Source: Escherichia phage vB_Eco_F27
DNA: 64,000 bases
Sequence record: OP870146.1
Direction: 5' to 3' (one strand)
How positions within the stretch are numbered: position 1 is the stretch's first letter; each line of letters begins with the position of its first letter. Under the pieces are notes generated by a model, which did no database searches, was not told the DNA's origin, and was given only the letters and a program-made list of their open reading frames with translations. Both the position numbers and the translations under genes were made by a program. Below are positions 39,825 through 48,823 of the stretch, piece after piece.

Positions 39825-40418
39825 TTATTTCAAAGAGTTAATATATTCTTGTACATCAGCAGAAGTGGTTTCGACGCCGGCTGGAGTGCCATTGAACGTT
39901 TCAACACGAGTCAGAGTGTCTTCGATATCAACCTTAGTCAGTGCAGCGATTTCAATTACATCATCGGCCGTAGAGATACCAAGGGCATTGGCTGCTCGAG
40001 TTTCACGAATGTATTCGAGTTTGATTGCCAGGTTCTGACGAGCATCGTCAAGTTCAACCACCTTACGAGCAATTTCAATTCGCATAGCGGCATACCCGTC
40101 AGCTTTTGTATTAAGTTGTTCGGCAGTTCGACGATACAGAAGACCAAGCTTAGCATGCATGGTAACATCTTGTCCTTCAGCCAGGAGCTTACGAATTTCA
40201 CGTTCCTTAGAAGCGGCTTGCTTGTTCTTTTCATTAACAAGTTCGCGAATACGTTTTTCTTCATTAATAGATTTAACAGAAGCCGTTTTTAGTTCTTTGA
40301 TTTGGGTAATCAACTTATCTGCAGCTGCGTTATACTGTTCTTCGACAGTCAGATTTTTAGCCATAGCAGTACCAAGTTTAGTGCGGATGAATTCAACAAG
40401 TTTCTTCAGTGTGTTCAT
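39825..40418 (-). CDS. hypothetical coiled-coil protein
   Basis: 197 aa from the ATG at 40418 ([10 protein letters not shown]...). Confidence 0.5.
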   Translation of the reverse strand: MNTLKKLVEFIRTKLGTAMAKNLTVEEQYNAAADKLITQIKELKTASVKSINEEKRIRELVNEKNKQAASKEREIRKLLAEGQDVTMHAKLGLLYRRTAEQLNTKADGYAAMRIEIARKVVELDDARQNLAIKLEYIRETRAANALGISTADDVIEIAALTKVDIEDTLTRVETFNGTPAGVETTSADVQEYINSLK

Positions 40419-40488
40419 ATTATTACCTTTCAATTGGTGGTTTATTATCCAACGAGAGCATTATACTCTGCTCTCAAGAGATTGTAAA

Positions 40489-40716
40489 TTATTTTTTAAT
40501 CAAATTGACATAAAACTCGGCGTCTTCCGGGTGCATGCCTTCGCAGTATTCTTCAACCATGAACTTCTTAACAGCTTCATAAGGACCGCTCAGATTAAGC
40601 TCAGTTGTCCAGAACTTGGAATCTTGGACCGAATCGATACGAACTTCAGGGTGACGGTTGCGAATAACTTCTTCAGTGTATTCATAATCAACGACATCAA
40701 TACTAACTGTAGCCAT
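40489..40716 (-). CDS. hypothetical acidic protein
   Basis: 75 aa ORF. Confidence 0.45.
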   Translation of the reverse strand: MATVSIDVVDYEYTEEVIRNRHPEVRIDSVQDSKFWTTELNLSGPYEAVKKFMVEEYCEGMHPEDAEFYVNLIKK

Positions 40717-40763
40717 TTTGTTTCTCCTCTTGATTTGATGTGATTACTATAACATAAACGTAC

Positions 40764-40928
40764 TTAGATGTAAATTATTTCAACGTCACCTTTAGCGGCT
40801 TTATAACCTTCAGCCCAAGATACAACAGAGTTTTTATCCGAGGATTCAAATTCAGGCATTGGACTTTCACCAATATTCACACAGTATGTTTCTTCATTTT
40901 CATCGAACCAAATAATTAAAGTAGTCAT
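40764..40928 (-). CDS. hypothetical small protein (below ORF-track size cut-off)
   Basis: 54 aa MTTLIIWFDENEETYCVNIGESPMPEF... read by hand; GAGGAG RBS and promoter-like element upstream. Confidence 0.35.
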   Translation of the reverse strand: MTTLIIWFDENEETYCVNIGESPMPEFESSDKNSVVSWAEGYKAAKGDVEIIYI

Positions 40929-40996
40929 TTTGTTTACTCCTCTGTAGTTGATAAGTCTATAGTATCACCATCCTTGGTGCTTGTACATCATTATTT

Positions 40997-41302
40997 TTAA
41001 TTTTTCCAACTTAACAACTTGTAGTGTCCTTCATTCATACGTGGTTTATCCCAAGAAATACTAATATATGATTCGCTGTCAATAGAAGTCGCCGGGTTTT
41101 TCTCTACCGTAAGACCTTCACTTTCCAGCCATTCAATAGTATTTGCGCATAAATCAGAAGAACACCTAATCGGAAACCGGCAAGATTTTTCACCTTTAGC
41201 TGCAGTGTTATACATCTTTTCTAAAATACGCTTTTGCACGTTTTTAAAAATAGTTTCAGCAGATTCTTCAGATTTTTTATTCAGTTCAGTGTAAAGACTC
41301 AT
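40997..41302 (-). CDS. hypothetical protein
   Basis: 101 aa ORF. Confidence 0.45.
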   Translation of the reverse strand: MSLYTELNKKSEESAETIFKNVQKRILEKMYNTAAKGEKSCRFPIRCSSDLCANTIEWLESEGLTVEKNPATSIDSESYISISWDKPRMNEGHYKLLSWKN

Positions 41303-41390
41303 AATATTCTCCTCATGTTTTGATAGGTCTATAGTAACACATCTAGGGAAGAAGTAAACAACTTTTTCAGTAAGTTATAAACCCCCTAAT

Positions 41391-41406
41391 GGGGACCGAA
41401 GTCCCC
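41391..41406 (-). terminator. GGGGAC-TTCG-GTCCCC stem-loop downstream of 41412..42038
   Basis: Perfect 6-bp stem with UUCG loop, seen directly. Confidence 0.5.
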
Positions 41407-41411
41407 ATTCT

Positions 41412-42038
41412 TTACTTACGAGTTTTTGCATATTGAGCAGCGTCAGCAGCCAAACGACCTGCCTGACGAAGTTTTTCTTTAATCGCATCGTGAAGTGGTT
41501 GAGTGTACTTCAAACCTTCGATAGTCAAATAAAGACGATAAAGGTCCGGGGTATCAAGGTTGTTGATATGTTGGCCATTACGAAGAATATTGAATTCACG
41601 AACGAGTGAAGATGTATCGGATTCAATATCACGAACAAGCGAAGATAGTTGTTTATATTTTTTTTCCAGACTAGAAGTATCAAACTTAAGAGCAGGAGCT
41701 TTAGGAGTTGCTTTTACTTCAGGCTTAGGCTCAGGTTTTGCTATTGCTTTAGGGGTCGCAGGTTTAGGAATGGAAGGAGTAGGTTTTACTTTAGGCGAAC
41801 CCGATTTAGCAGAAACACCACCACTAACAATATCTTTGAATGCTTTAGAAGCTCTGTAATATTCTTTTTGGCTGGAAGTGTCGATACCGTACATGGCTTG
41901 AACGTTTTTGAAAAACTCTGTACTAGTTTTTGTACCAGAAATAGCATCGTAAGCAGCTTGCCATTTCTCTTTTGTCATACGTACACCGGCTTCGGTGATT
42001 ACTTCCGTTTCGGCTAAAAATTCATTAAAAGTATACAT
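41412..42038 (-). CDS. internal protein-like, capsid targeting sequence variant and Pro/Lys-rich linker
   Basis: 208 aa starting MYTFNEFLAE; TATAAATA late-promoter consensus on the minus strand at 42074-42081. Confidence 0.5.
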   Translation of the reverse strand: MYTFNEFLAETEVITEAGVRMTKEKWQAAYDAISGTKTSTEFFKNVQAMYGIDTSSQKEYYRASKAFKDIVSGGVSAKSGSPKVKPTPSIPKPATPKAIAKPEPKPEVKATPKAPALKFDTSSLEKKYKQLSSLVRDIESDTSSLVREFNILRNGQHINNLDTPDLYRLYLTIEGLKYTQPLHDAIKEKLRQAGRLAADAAQYAKTRK

Positions 42039-42073
42039 CGATGGTCCTTAGAAAGTAGGTTTATTGTTTACTA

Positions 42074-42081
42074 TATTTATA
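42074..42081 (-). promoter_or_regulatory. late promoter consensus TATAAATA
   Basis: Exact match on the minus strand about 36 nt upstream of the ATG at 42038. Confidence 0.5.
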
Positions 42082-42111
42082 CAAAAAAGCCCCAACCTTT
42101 CGGAAGGGGCT
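42082..42111 (-). terminator. intrinsic terminator AGCCCCTTCC-GAAA-GGTTGGGGCT plus U-run
   Basis: Same hairpin sequence as at 26793-26822. Confidence 0.65.
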
Positions 42112-42119
42112 ATATACCT

Positions 42120-42414
42120 TGTCGGGGTTTCCACCTACTAAGGCAAGTGTTTGTACGAAACGCCGGGATTCGAACCCGGTTATTGAGTAGTTGACGCTAC
42201 TCAATATTTTTAAAAGGCCATATCTCGACCATATCCGAACGTTCCGTCAAAAACGCTACTCGGCTTACGGCAAAGATATTTCCTCGAATCGATAATTCGG
42301 TGCGCCGTTTCTGCTGTGATGTAAGGGGATATTAACAAATCGTAAAGATTTATTAAGACCAGTCCTTACTCAGGGAACATCAGTCCGACGACTTACCGGT
42401 AGCGACCCGGCTTC
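42120..42414 (-). ncRNA. candidate structured stable RNA region (tRNA-like T-arm, no full cloverleaf found)
   Basis: No plausible ORF; contains ACCGGGTTCGAATCCCGG (T-arm-like) and a 9-bp hairpin ATTGAGTAG/CTACTCAAT. By position could correspond to T4 stable RNA species. Confidence 0.3.
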
Positions 42415-42759
42415 TTATTTTGGCATATCATCAATTTGCTCTCGACGCCGACGCCATAGATTAATCGCTTCATAAACACATTCTGCGTTTGGTATATGAC
42501 GGCAATAATATAATGATTCGCGTTTCTGGAATCGATGTTGCAATGGGATTTCGTTTAAAAGGTCTTTACGGTCAAAGTATTCAAAACTAGTTAACCCGGA
42601 ACGGTTTTTAATGAACTTCCAATGACCAAATTCATTTTGAACATAGATGTAATCTGCATGTTGGTATAACAAATTAATCAATCGGTCTGAAATAACTGTA
42701 TCATGTTCGTTAAAATAAAACGTTAAATCATGAACTACTAAGTAAACATTACCTTTCAT
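42415..42759 (-). CDS. hypothetical protein inside the tRNA region
   Basis: 114 aa from the ATG at 42759 (MKGNVYLVVHDL...) after GAGGAAAA. Confidence 0.5.
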   Translation of the reverse strand: MKGNVYLVVHDLTFYFNEHDTVISDRLINLLYQHADYIYVQNEFGHWKFIKNRSGLTSFEYFDRKDLLNEIPLQHRFQKRESLYYCRHIPNAECVYEAINLWRRRREQIDDMPK

Positions 42760-42777
42760 ATTTTCCTCACTTAAAAT

Positions 42778-42854
<77 letters not shown>

Positions 42855-42954
42855 ATGATGCGGCTTTGGGTGTTTCAGTGTTACTCGTTTGTAGGTTCTA
42901 CTTTTAACCCTTATTCGAACAACTTACCTACCTAAGAGCGTACTCACCGCGAAT

Positions 42955-43029
42955 TGGTGGCCCTGGCTGGTTTCGATCCAGCTACCTATCAGTTATGAGC
43001 TGACAGCTCTCCCATTGAGCTACAGGGCC
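42955..43029 (-). tRNA. tRNA with CAU anticodon (Ile2-type or Met)
   Basis: Hand-folded: acceptor GGCCCTG/CAGGGCC, D-arm GCTC-AATGGGA-GAGC, anticodon stem GTCAG/CTGAT with loop CTCATAA, T-arm GCTGG-ATCGAAA-CCAGC, encoded CCA. Confidence 0.75.
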
Positions 43030-43125
43030 TAAATAAATTTCTATTATGAAAGGCCCTTGAGGGAGCACCTTTGGTAATAGAGGGTAGATTAATAATAACA
43101 CATAATTCTTAAAGCAAATTACGTT

Positions 43126-43416
43126 TTACCGTACCATATTAATGTAGTTATATTCAATGCAACGTAATTTCAAAGGGTTCTTGAAAATATCATATTCAAG
43201 AGGGCCTTTTTCTGTTTCAATAAAGAAATCAAAGTTAACTGTGTTAAATTTAACGTCTTCACAGAGTAATTTAACTTGTGAAGATGAACGGTCGATATAA
43301 ACCTTTTCAACCTCAAAGATAGTCAGAATACCGTAGTCATTAACCAGTGCTTTAGCTGCACGTTGGTCGCTTTCATATCCGTTCTCAATGGACGATACTT
43401 TAGCATAAAGAATCAT
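43126..43416 (-). CDS. hypothetical protein
   Basis: 96 aa ORF. Confidence 0.45.
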   Translation of the reverse strand: MILYAKVSSIENGYESDQRAAKALVNDYGILTIFEVEKVYIDRSSSQVKLLCEDVKFNTVNFDFFIETEKGPLEYDIFKNPLKLRCIEYNYINMVR

Positions 43417-43775
43417 GAATGTTCCACCATTTCAAAGGTATGAGCATCAACAATATGATACCAGTCAAAATTTTCTTCCGCGTTTTTATAAATTTCGCGA
43501 AGAGCTTCAACAGTTTTTCCTGTAGCAACAAGATCGTCAATACCACCAAGAGGATAACAGTAATAACCAGCAAACAGAAGGAAATTAATAGTTTCTGTAG
43601 GTTCTGGATGCAGAACACCGTTATCGTCTACCACTTCAAAGAAAGTGTAAGAAGGAGTACAAGTTTTAATCCAAGCCCATGCTTGAGCTGCTGAATCAAA
43701 TGGTCTGCGTATCAAACGACAATCAGGGTCTTTAGAAGGATTTGCTTCAAAATCCGCATATACGTGATATTTCAT
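43413..43775 (-). CDS. hypothetical protein
   Basis: ATG at 43775 (MKYHVYADFEANP...) preceded by AAGGTGAG. Confidence 0.5.
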   Translation of the reverse strand: MKYHVYADFEANPSKDPDCRLIRRPFDSAAQAWAWIKTCTPSYTFFEVVDDNGVLHPEPTETINFLLFAGYYCYPLGGIDDLVATGKTVEALREIYKNAEENFDWYHIVDAHTFEMVEHS

Positions 43776-43776
43776 T

Positions 43777-43962
43777 TTACTCACCTTTTGCAATTTTATC
43801 CATAACGATAGCGATTAAGCCGATTAGAAATGCTACTACCAATGAGATAGAGTTTTCAGTTGTTGTCAGTAGTCCACAAATGAATCCTACAAACATCGAA
43901 AAACTAAAAGCCATTGAAGCAATTACTACAGCAACATTACGAATCAGTTCAGCGCGTTTCAT
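43777..43962 (-). CDS. hypothetical small membrane protein
   Basis: ATG at 43962 (MKRAELIRNVAVVIASMAF...) after GGAGAAA. Confidence 0.45.
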   Translation of the reverse strand: MKRAELIRNVAVVIASMAFSFSMFVGFICGLLTTTENSISLVVAFLIGLIAIVMDKIAKGE

Positions 43963-44031
43963 TTTATTTCTCCATTTACTCATTTGTTTTGATAGGACTA
44001 CTATAACATATCCCTATAGGCTTGTATACCT

Positions 44032-44295
44032 TTATTTCAAATATATTGCGTATTTTTTATAGCCACCAGGCTCGTGTCGAAGACCTTTATCATTCGCAAA
44101 ACGTTGAATGTTATTGAACTGATTTTCATCAAGTTCGGATGTGTCAAATATGAAAAAGTTTCGTTTGTTGCCAAGCGTGATATGCGGAGTTAAGTCAATG
44201 TTATACAAATTAAGAATATCAGCAATAACCTGATTGACCGCTTTGTTAATTTTCACACCAGACGATTCTGAGATGAATTCGTTGAAAGTTTTCAT
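44032..44295 (-). CDS. internal protein-like, with capsid targeting sequence (ipI locus)
   Basis: 87 aa from MKTFNEFISE. Confidence 0.55.
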   Translation of the reverse strand: MKTFNEFISESSGVKINKAVNQVIADILNLYNIDLTPHITLGNKRNFFIFDTSELDENQFNNIQRFANDKGLRHEPGGYKKYAIYLK

Positions 44296-44356
44296 TTTAG
44301 GTTCCATTTGGTTGTTTTGATAGGACTACTATAACATAATCCTATCGTGTTGTAAA

Positions 44357-44668
44357 TTATTTTATGCCTTTAGAAGAAATGGTGTTTTGGCGTTTGGTCC
44401 CTGTTTGTGAAAAATCGTGGTTATCGATTTGGTCGACTCGCATAACACCAAATGCAGATTTAATTTTAGCCTTTGAACCTTTTTTGATACTAATTATCAT
44501 ATAAGTATCATTTTTCTTATATTCGAAATTTGTTACTTCAACGCCTTGATTAGAAATTGACTTAATAATAGCATTAGCGTATTCATCATCTAACGGACCG
44601 GTGGTGTTAATAATAAAATTTTTATCGGCTTTAGTAGCTTCAGCGATAAACTCTTGATAAGTTTTCAT
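44357..44668 (-). CDS. internal protein-like, with canonical capsid targeting sequence (ipI locus)
   Basis: 103 aa from MKTYQEFIAE, identical to the T4 internal-protein capsid targeting sequence; the rest of the protein does not match T4 IPI as I recall it. Confidence 0.6.
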   Translation of the reverse strand: MKTYQEFIAEATKADKNFIINTTGPLDDEYANAIIKSISNQGVEVTNFEYKKNDTYMIISIKKGSKAKIKSAFGVMRVDQIDNHDFSQTGTKRQNTISSKGIK

Positions 44669-44747
44669 TTGTTTTTTCCGTTTGGTTTGAGATTTGATAG
44701 GATGATAGTAACACACCATCATCCTTATGTAAACTGTTTTGTGAAAA

Positions 44748-45433
<686 letters not shown>

Positions 45434-45437
45434 TTTA

Positions 45438-46172
45438 TTACCTTAAGATTGTTTCAATTTTAGAATAAAGCTCTTCTAAAGAGCCGTCGTTTGTAATAAC
45501 TAAATCGCCTTCTTCAATAGGCAACCCAGCTTCTGTAATATGTTTATCAGTGGATTCCGTACCAGAGCGAACCACATGAATAACTGTAGCACCCATCGCT
45601 CTAGCGGTTTCCATTTCATGGACTTGGCGTGTATCGGTTACAACATAGTAATCGAAATCACTTCCAATATAATCCATATAGTTTAATGCAAAAAGCTTAA
45701 CCCAATACATACGGTCAAATAAATTAACGACAACATCCGTACCGAGGGCTTGCATAAGACGGCGGATTGACCATGTGTCGTTGATATTATTTATAGCTTC
45801 ACGCAGGGCTTCATATGGTTTAATATCTAGATATGAATACCCACCTTCTAATGATGATAATACTTTAACATTATTAATTGGTAAATATTGACTTTGTAAA
45901 TAAATTAGCGCTTCTTCCAATAATTCAATAACATCCAACTTATTGATATTTAATGGTGTTTCACGGTCATATCCGACACCTTCAAAGTATTCGTATTTCA
46001 ACTCTGTGAATACATCAGGATCTTCAGCATGTTTACGTCCCCAGGCTATTGCTAGAGCGTCTTTAATCGGATATGCCAATTGGTATTTTACGGATTTAAA
46101 GTTTGAATTGATGTAATCAGCAGTAGTGTCTTTACCACTACGTTTGATGCCGCTTAAAAAGATTAGCTCCAT
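45438..46172 (-). CDS. 1: deoxynucleoside monophosphate kinase gp1
   Basis: 244 aa; IFLSGIKRSGKDTTADYI P-loop, ...DRMYWVKLFALNY..., ...HITEAGLPIEEGDLVITNDGSLEEL. Confidence 0.9.
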   Translation of the reverse strand: MELIFLSGIKRSGKDTTADYINSNFKSVKYQLAYPIKDALAIAWGRKHAEDPDVFTELKYEYFEGVGYDRETPLNINKLDVIELLEEALIYLQSQYLPINNVKVLSSLEGGYSYLDIKPYEALREAINNINDTWSIRRLMQALGTDVVVNLFDRMYWVKLFALNYMDYIGSDFDYYVVTDTRQVHEMETARAMGATVIHVVRSGTESTDKHITEAGLPIEEGDLVITNDGSLEELYSKIETILR

Positions 46173-46225
46173 AGGTTTTCCTCATATAATTTATGAGTGA
46201 TTATAACATACGGAGCTAGAAGCGA

Positions 46226-46810
46226 TTAACGCAAAGAAGGGTGTCTAGAAATGGATTTAGATTCGGCTGCCTGACGTGGTTGTTGAGATACAATGACTTC
46301 ACCATCTTTTTCTATCGTCATATACGCATAGTGAATAGTTGCTACGCACGTAACAGCAGGGTCAGAGTCTTCAGTGTAACTAAATTCAATTTCACTCAAA
46401 TCAGAAATCCATGGTTTATAGAAATTTGCCGTCAAAACGACTTCAGTCTTATTGTTGTTTAAAATGTGCAAAGTAACAAACTCAGGACCATCGGAGTGGG
46501 CTGTATTATGTCCGGTTATATAGTTATTAGTGCTGAGCATCCATTTATACATGTTCATCCAGGACGTCATGTCTTCATCAACTATAAATCGTACAACAAA
46601 AGGGTCATATTCAAATGTGGTGCCTGCACGCATTGCACGCCCTAACCCCATTGTGCCTGTCACAGTTTCAACAACAGGAATTCTCACACCTGGCAATGGT
46701 GCCGTTTGGGCATTGAGCACAAAACCTGAAGTTCGTGTACTATCCGGGATATCCACAACAAAGTTTGTTATATTTGTTTGGTTAAAAATCTGTCTCGTTG
46801 GACGAGTCAT
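46226..46810 (-). CDS. 3: tail completion/sheath stabiliser protein gp3 (positional)
   Basis: ATG at 46810 after GAGGTG; sits between genes 1 and 2. Confidence 0.65.
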   Translation of the reverse strand: MTRPTRQIFNQTNITNFVVDIPDSTRTSGFVLNAQTAPLPGVRIPVVETVTGTMGLGRAMRAGTTFEYDPFVVRFIVDEDMTSWMNMYKWMLSTNNYITGHNTAHSDGPEFVTLHILNNNKTEVVLTANFYKPWISDLSEIEFSYTEDSDPAVTCVATIHYAYMTIEKDGEVIVSQQPRQAAESKSISRHPSLR

Positions 46811-46912
46811 AAGCACCTCAAAAACGCTTTAATAAAAATGCAGTATAATGGTTTTAGGTCTCTTCCATTAATCTGGTTCAACAGAATATCAGAAGAACGG
46901 AAGAGAATAGAA

Positions 46913-47734
46913 TTAAGATTTCCAAACAGTATTCGCAGAGAAACGTTTTCCTTTTGACATAAACTGCTGAGTAGGTAACATGATTATGTTAGCCCAGTCT
47001 TTAGGAGCTATTTCTGTTATTGTTCCTCTAATGTGGCCTGGCAGGTATGCTTTAATCATTTTGTCAGCACCTTGAAATCCTTTCACCTTGCTCCAGTCTA
47101 TCTTCAACTTTGTGTTATTAGTAATAGTAGTTGTGCTAGCGTATTGCTTCAGCAATTCTTCAAGAAACTGTTGACGTGCTTTAGGTGGGATATAGTGCAA
47201 GTTTAACCCGTACATCAAATTATGTTTACCTAATCCCAAATAAATAATTAAAGGATATCGGTCCCAGTATGGCAGAGTATCTTTATGTTTAGCATCATAC
47301 ATGTAAGTATAAATTTTGCCTGGCGTAGGCTTGACTACTTTATGACCCTTTACACTTTTCTTAATTGTTTCAGCAAACCACTTAGATGATTTGTTGTTTA
47401 CTGCTGCGCCTTCATTTCTAATCTTTTCTCGTATTGAACTGCGAAACGAGTTTATCATCAGAAGTTGACGTTCTTGCTTATTGAGTTTATTTTTAGGTTT
47501 AGATTCAAGCGTTTCAATTTTCTGTGCAGTCTTAATAGATGATGCATATCTAGACATTGCGGATGTAAACGACGAGTATTTTATTCCTTTTGATTCTGCA
47601 AATGCTTTTGCAGTGATTCCTTTCTCTTTAGCTTTCTTGTATTCTAATCCTATCTCAATCCATTTTCTTTCATTCATAGACTGAGCAATCTTAGGGGCTT
47701 GTACGCCTTCAGATATAATTTGGAATATGCTCAT
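46913..47734 (-). CDS. 2: DNA end protector protein gp2
   Basis: 273 aa; position and length match T4 gp2. Confidence 0.75.
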   Translation of the reverse strand: MSIFQIISEGVQAPKIAQSMNERKWIEIGLEYKKAKEKGITAKAFAESKGIKYSSFTSAMSRYASSIKTAQKIETLESKPKNKLNKQERQLLMINSFRSSIREKIRNEGAAVNNKSSKWFAETIKKSVKGHKVVKPTPGKIYTYMYDAKHKDTLPYWDRYPLIIYLGLGKHNLMYGLNLHYIPPKARQQFLEELLKQYASTTTITNNTKLKIDWSKVKGFQGADKMIKAYLPGHIRGTITEIAPKDWANIIMLPTQQFMSKGKRFSANTVWKS

Positions 47735-47736
47735 AA

Positions 47737-48186
47737 TTACCCCTTGTATCCGAGTTTTCTAAGACCATCTTCGGTTAGAACTCGAAATTTTATATTTCTC
47801 TTTTCAGCAACAGCTGAGGCAGCTTTCCATTTGTCACAGTTCACAGACCACGTGTAGATTTCATTCATATAACGTTTCTTTGCTGCAGTCGTAAGATTTG
47901 CAGGCTTAATAGGTGGTTGAGTTTCTTTCTTTGGTTTTATTTCTACAAAGAACTCTTGACCTGATGCATCTTTCATCCATATGTCCATATAGTATCGACG
48001 TTTCTTACCTTCAGCATTACAAAAATATGGAATTACTGCTGTTTCACTACCCCATGCAATAATTTCTGGATTTTTATCTAACCATTCGAAAAAGAATTTT
48101 TCCCAGTTTGAACGATACGTTATTTTGGTATGGTCTCCACGGTATTTTTTTAAATTTTTTGGGACCCATTTACCAGAGTAGGCCAT
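47737..48186 (-). CDS. 4: head completion protein gp4
   Basis: 150 aa from the ATG at 48186 ([21 protein letters not shown]...) preceded by AAGGAGGA. Confidence 0.8.
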   Translation of the reverse strand: MAYSGKWVPKNLKKYRGDHTKITYRSNWEKFFFEWLDKNPEIIAWGSETAVIPYFCNAEGKKRRYYMDIWMKDASGQEFFVEIKPKKETQPPIKPANLTTAAKKRYMNEIYTWSVNCDKWKAASAVAEKRNIKFRVLTEDGLRKLGYKG

Positions 48187-48197
48187 GTTGTCCTCCT

Positions 48198-48205
48198 TAT
48201 AAATA
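48198..48205 (+). promoter_or_regulatory. late promoter TATAAATA for gene 53
   Basis: Exact consensus about 43 nt upstream of the gene 53 start. Confidence 0.6.
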
Positions 48206-48212
48206 GTATTAT

Positions 48213-48220
48213 TATTTATA
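48213..48220 (-). promoter_or_regulatory. late promoter TATAAATA (minus strand) for gene 4
   Basis: Plus-strand TATTTATA is the reverse complement of the consensus; about 27 nt upstream of the gene 4 ATG. Confidence 0.55.
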
Positions 48221-48247
48221 CCAATTTCATATTGGAAGGAGACTATC

Positions 48248-48823
48248 TTGTTATTTACATTCTTCGACCCAATAGGATATAGTGCTAAAACAGTTAATAA
48301 GAATGCACCTACTATTCCTATGACAGACATATTTCGTAATTATAAAGAGTACTTTAAGCGTGTGGCTGCCAATTATAGATTACGTTCTTATTATATTAAA
48401 GGCTCTCCACGTCCTGAAGAACTAGCGAATATCATTTATGGCAACCCGCAATTATACTGGGTTCTTTTGATGTGTAATGATAACTATGATCCGTATTATG
48501 GTTGGATTACATCTCAGGAAGCAGCGTATCAAGCTTCTATTCAGAAATATGCTAATGCCGGCGGCGACCAAATTCTTTATCATATTAACGAGAACCGTGA
48601 GAAATTTTACAATTTAGTTTCATATCCTGACGAGCCTTTAGTGTGGTACGATAAAGGTGATGAAGCTCGTAAGTATCCGCAATATAAAGGACCTTTAGCT
48701 GCAGTAGATATTTATGAAGCGGCTGTATTAGATAACGAAAAACTTCGTAAAATAAAAATTGTTGCAAAAGAAGATATAAACTCGTTTATTACTGATTTGA
48801 TTCGTGAGATGGAGATTGCATAA
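48248..48823 (+). CDS. 53: baseplate wedge protein gp53
   Basis: 191 aa (M)LFTFFDPIGYSAKTVNKNAPTIPMTDIFRNYKEYFKR...; first codon is TTG after AAGGAG. Confidence 0.85.
   Translation: MLFTFFDPIGYSAKTVNKNAPTIPMTDIFRNYKEYFKRVAANYRLRSYYIKGSPRPEELANIIYGNPQLYWVLLMCNDNYDPYYGWITSQEAAYQASIQKYANAGGDQILYHINENREKFYNLVSYPDEPLVWYDKGDEARKYPQYKGPLAAVDIYEAAVLDNEKLRKIKIVAKEDINSFITDLIREMEIA

Noticed and set aside
39825-40418. PspA/IM30-like identity for the 197-aa coiled-coil protein
   Set aside because: Only general coiled-coil character; no convincing motif-level match on direct comparison with E. coli PspA from memory.
42855-42954. Possible third tRNA in the spacer between the two tRNAs
   Set aside because: Contains GTTCGAAT but I could not pair an acceptor or T stem by hand; left as spacer pending tRNAscan-SE.
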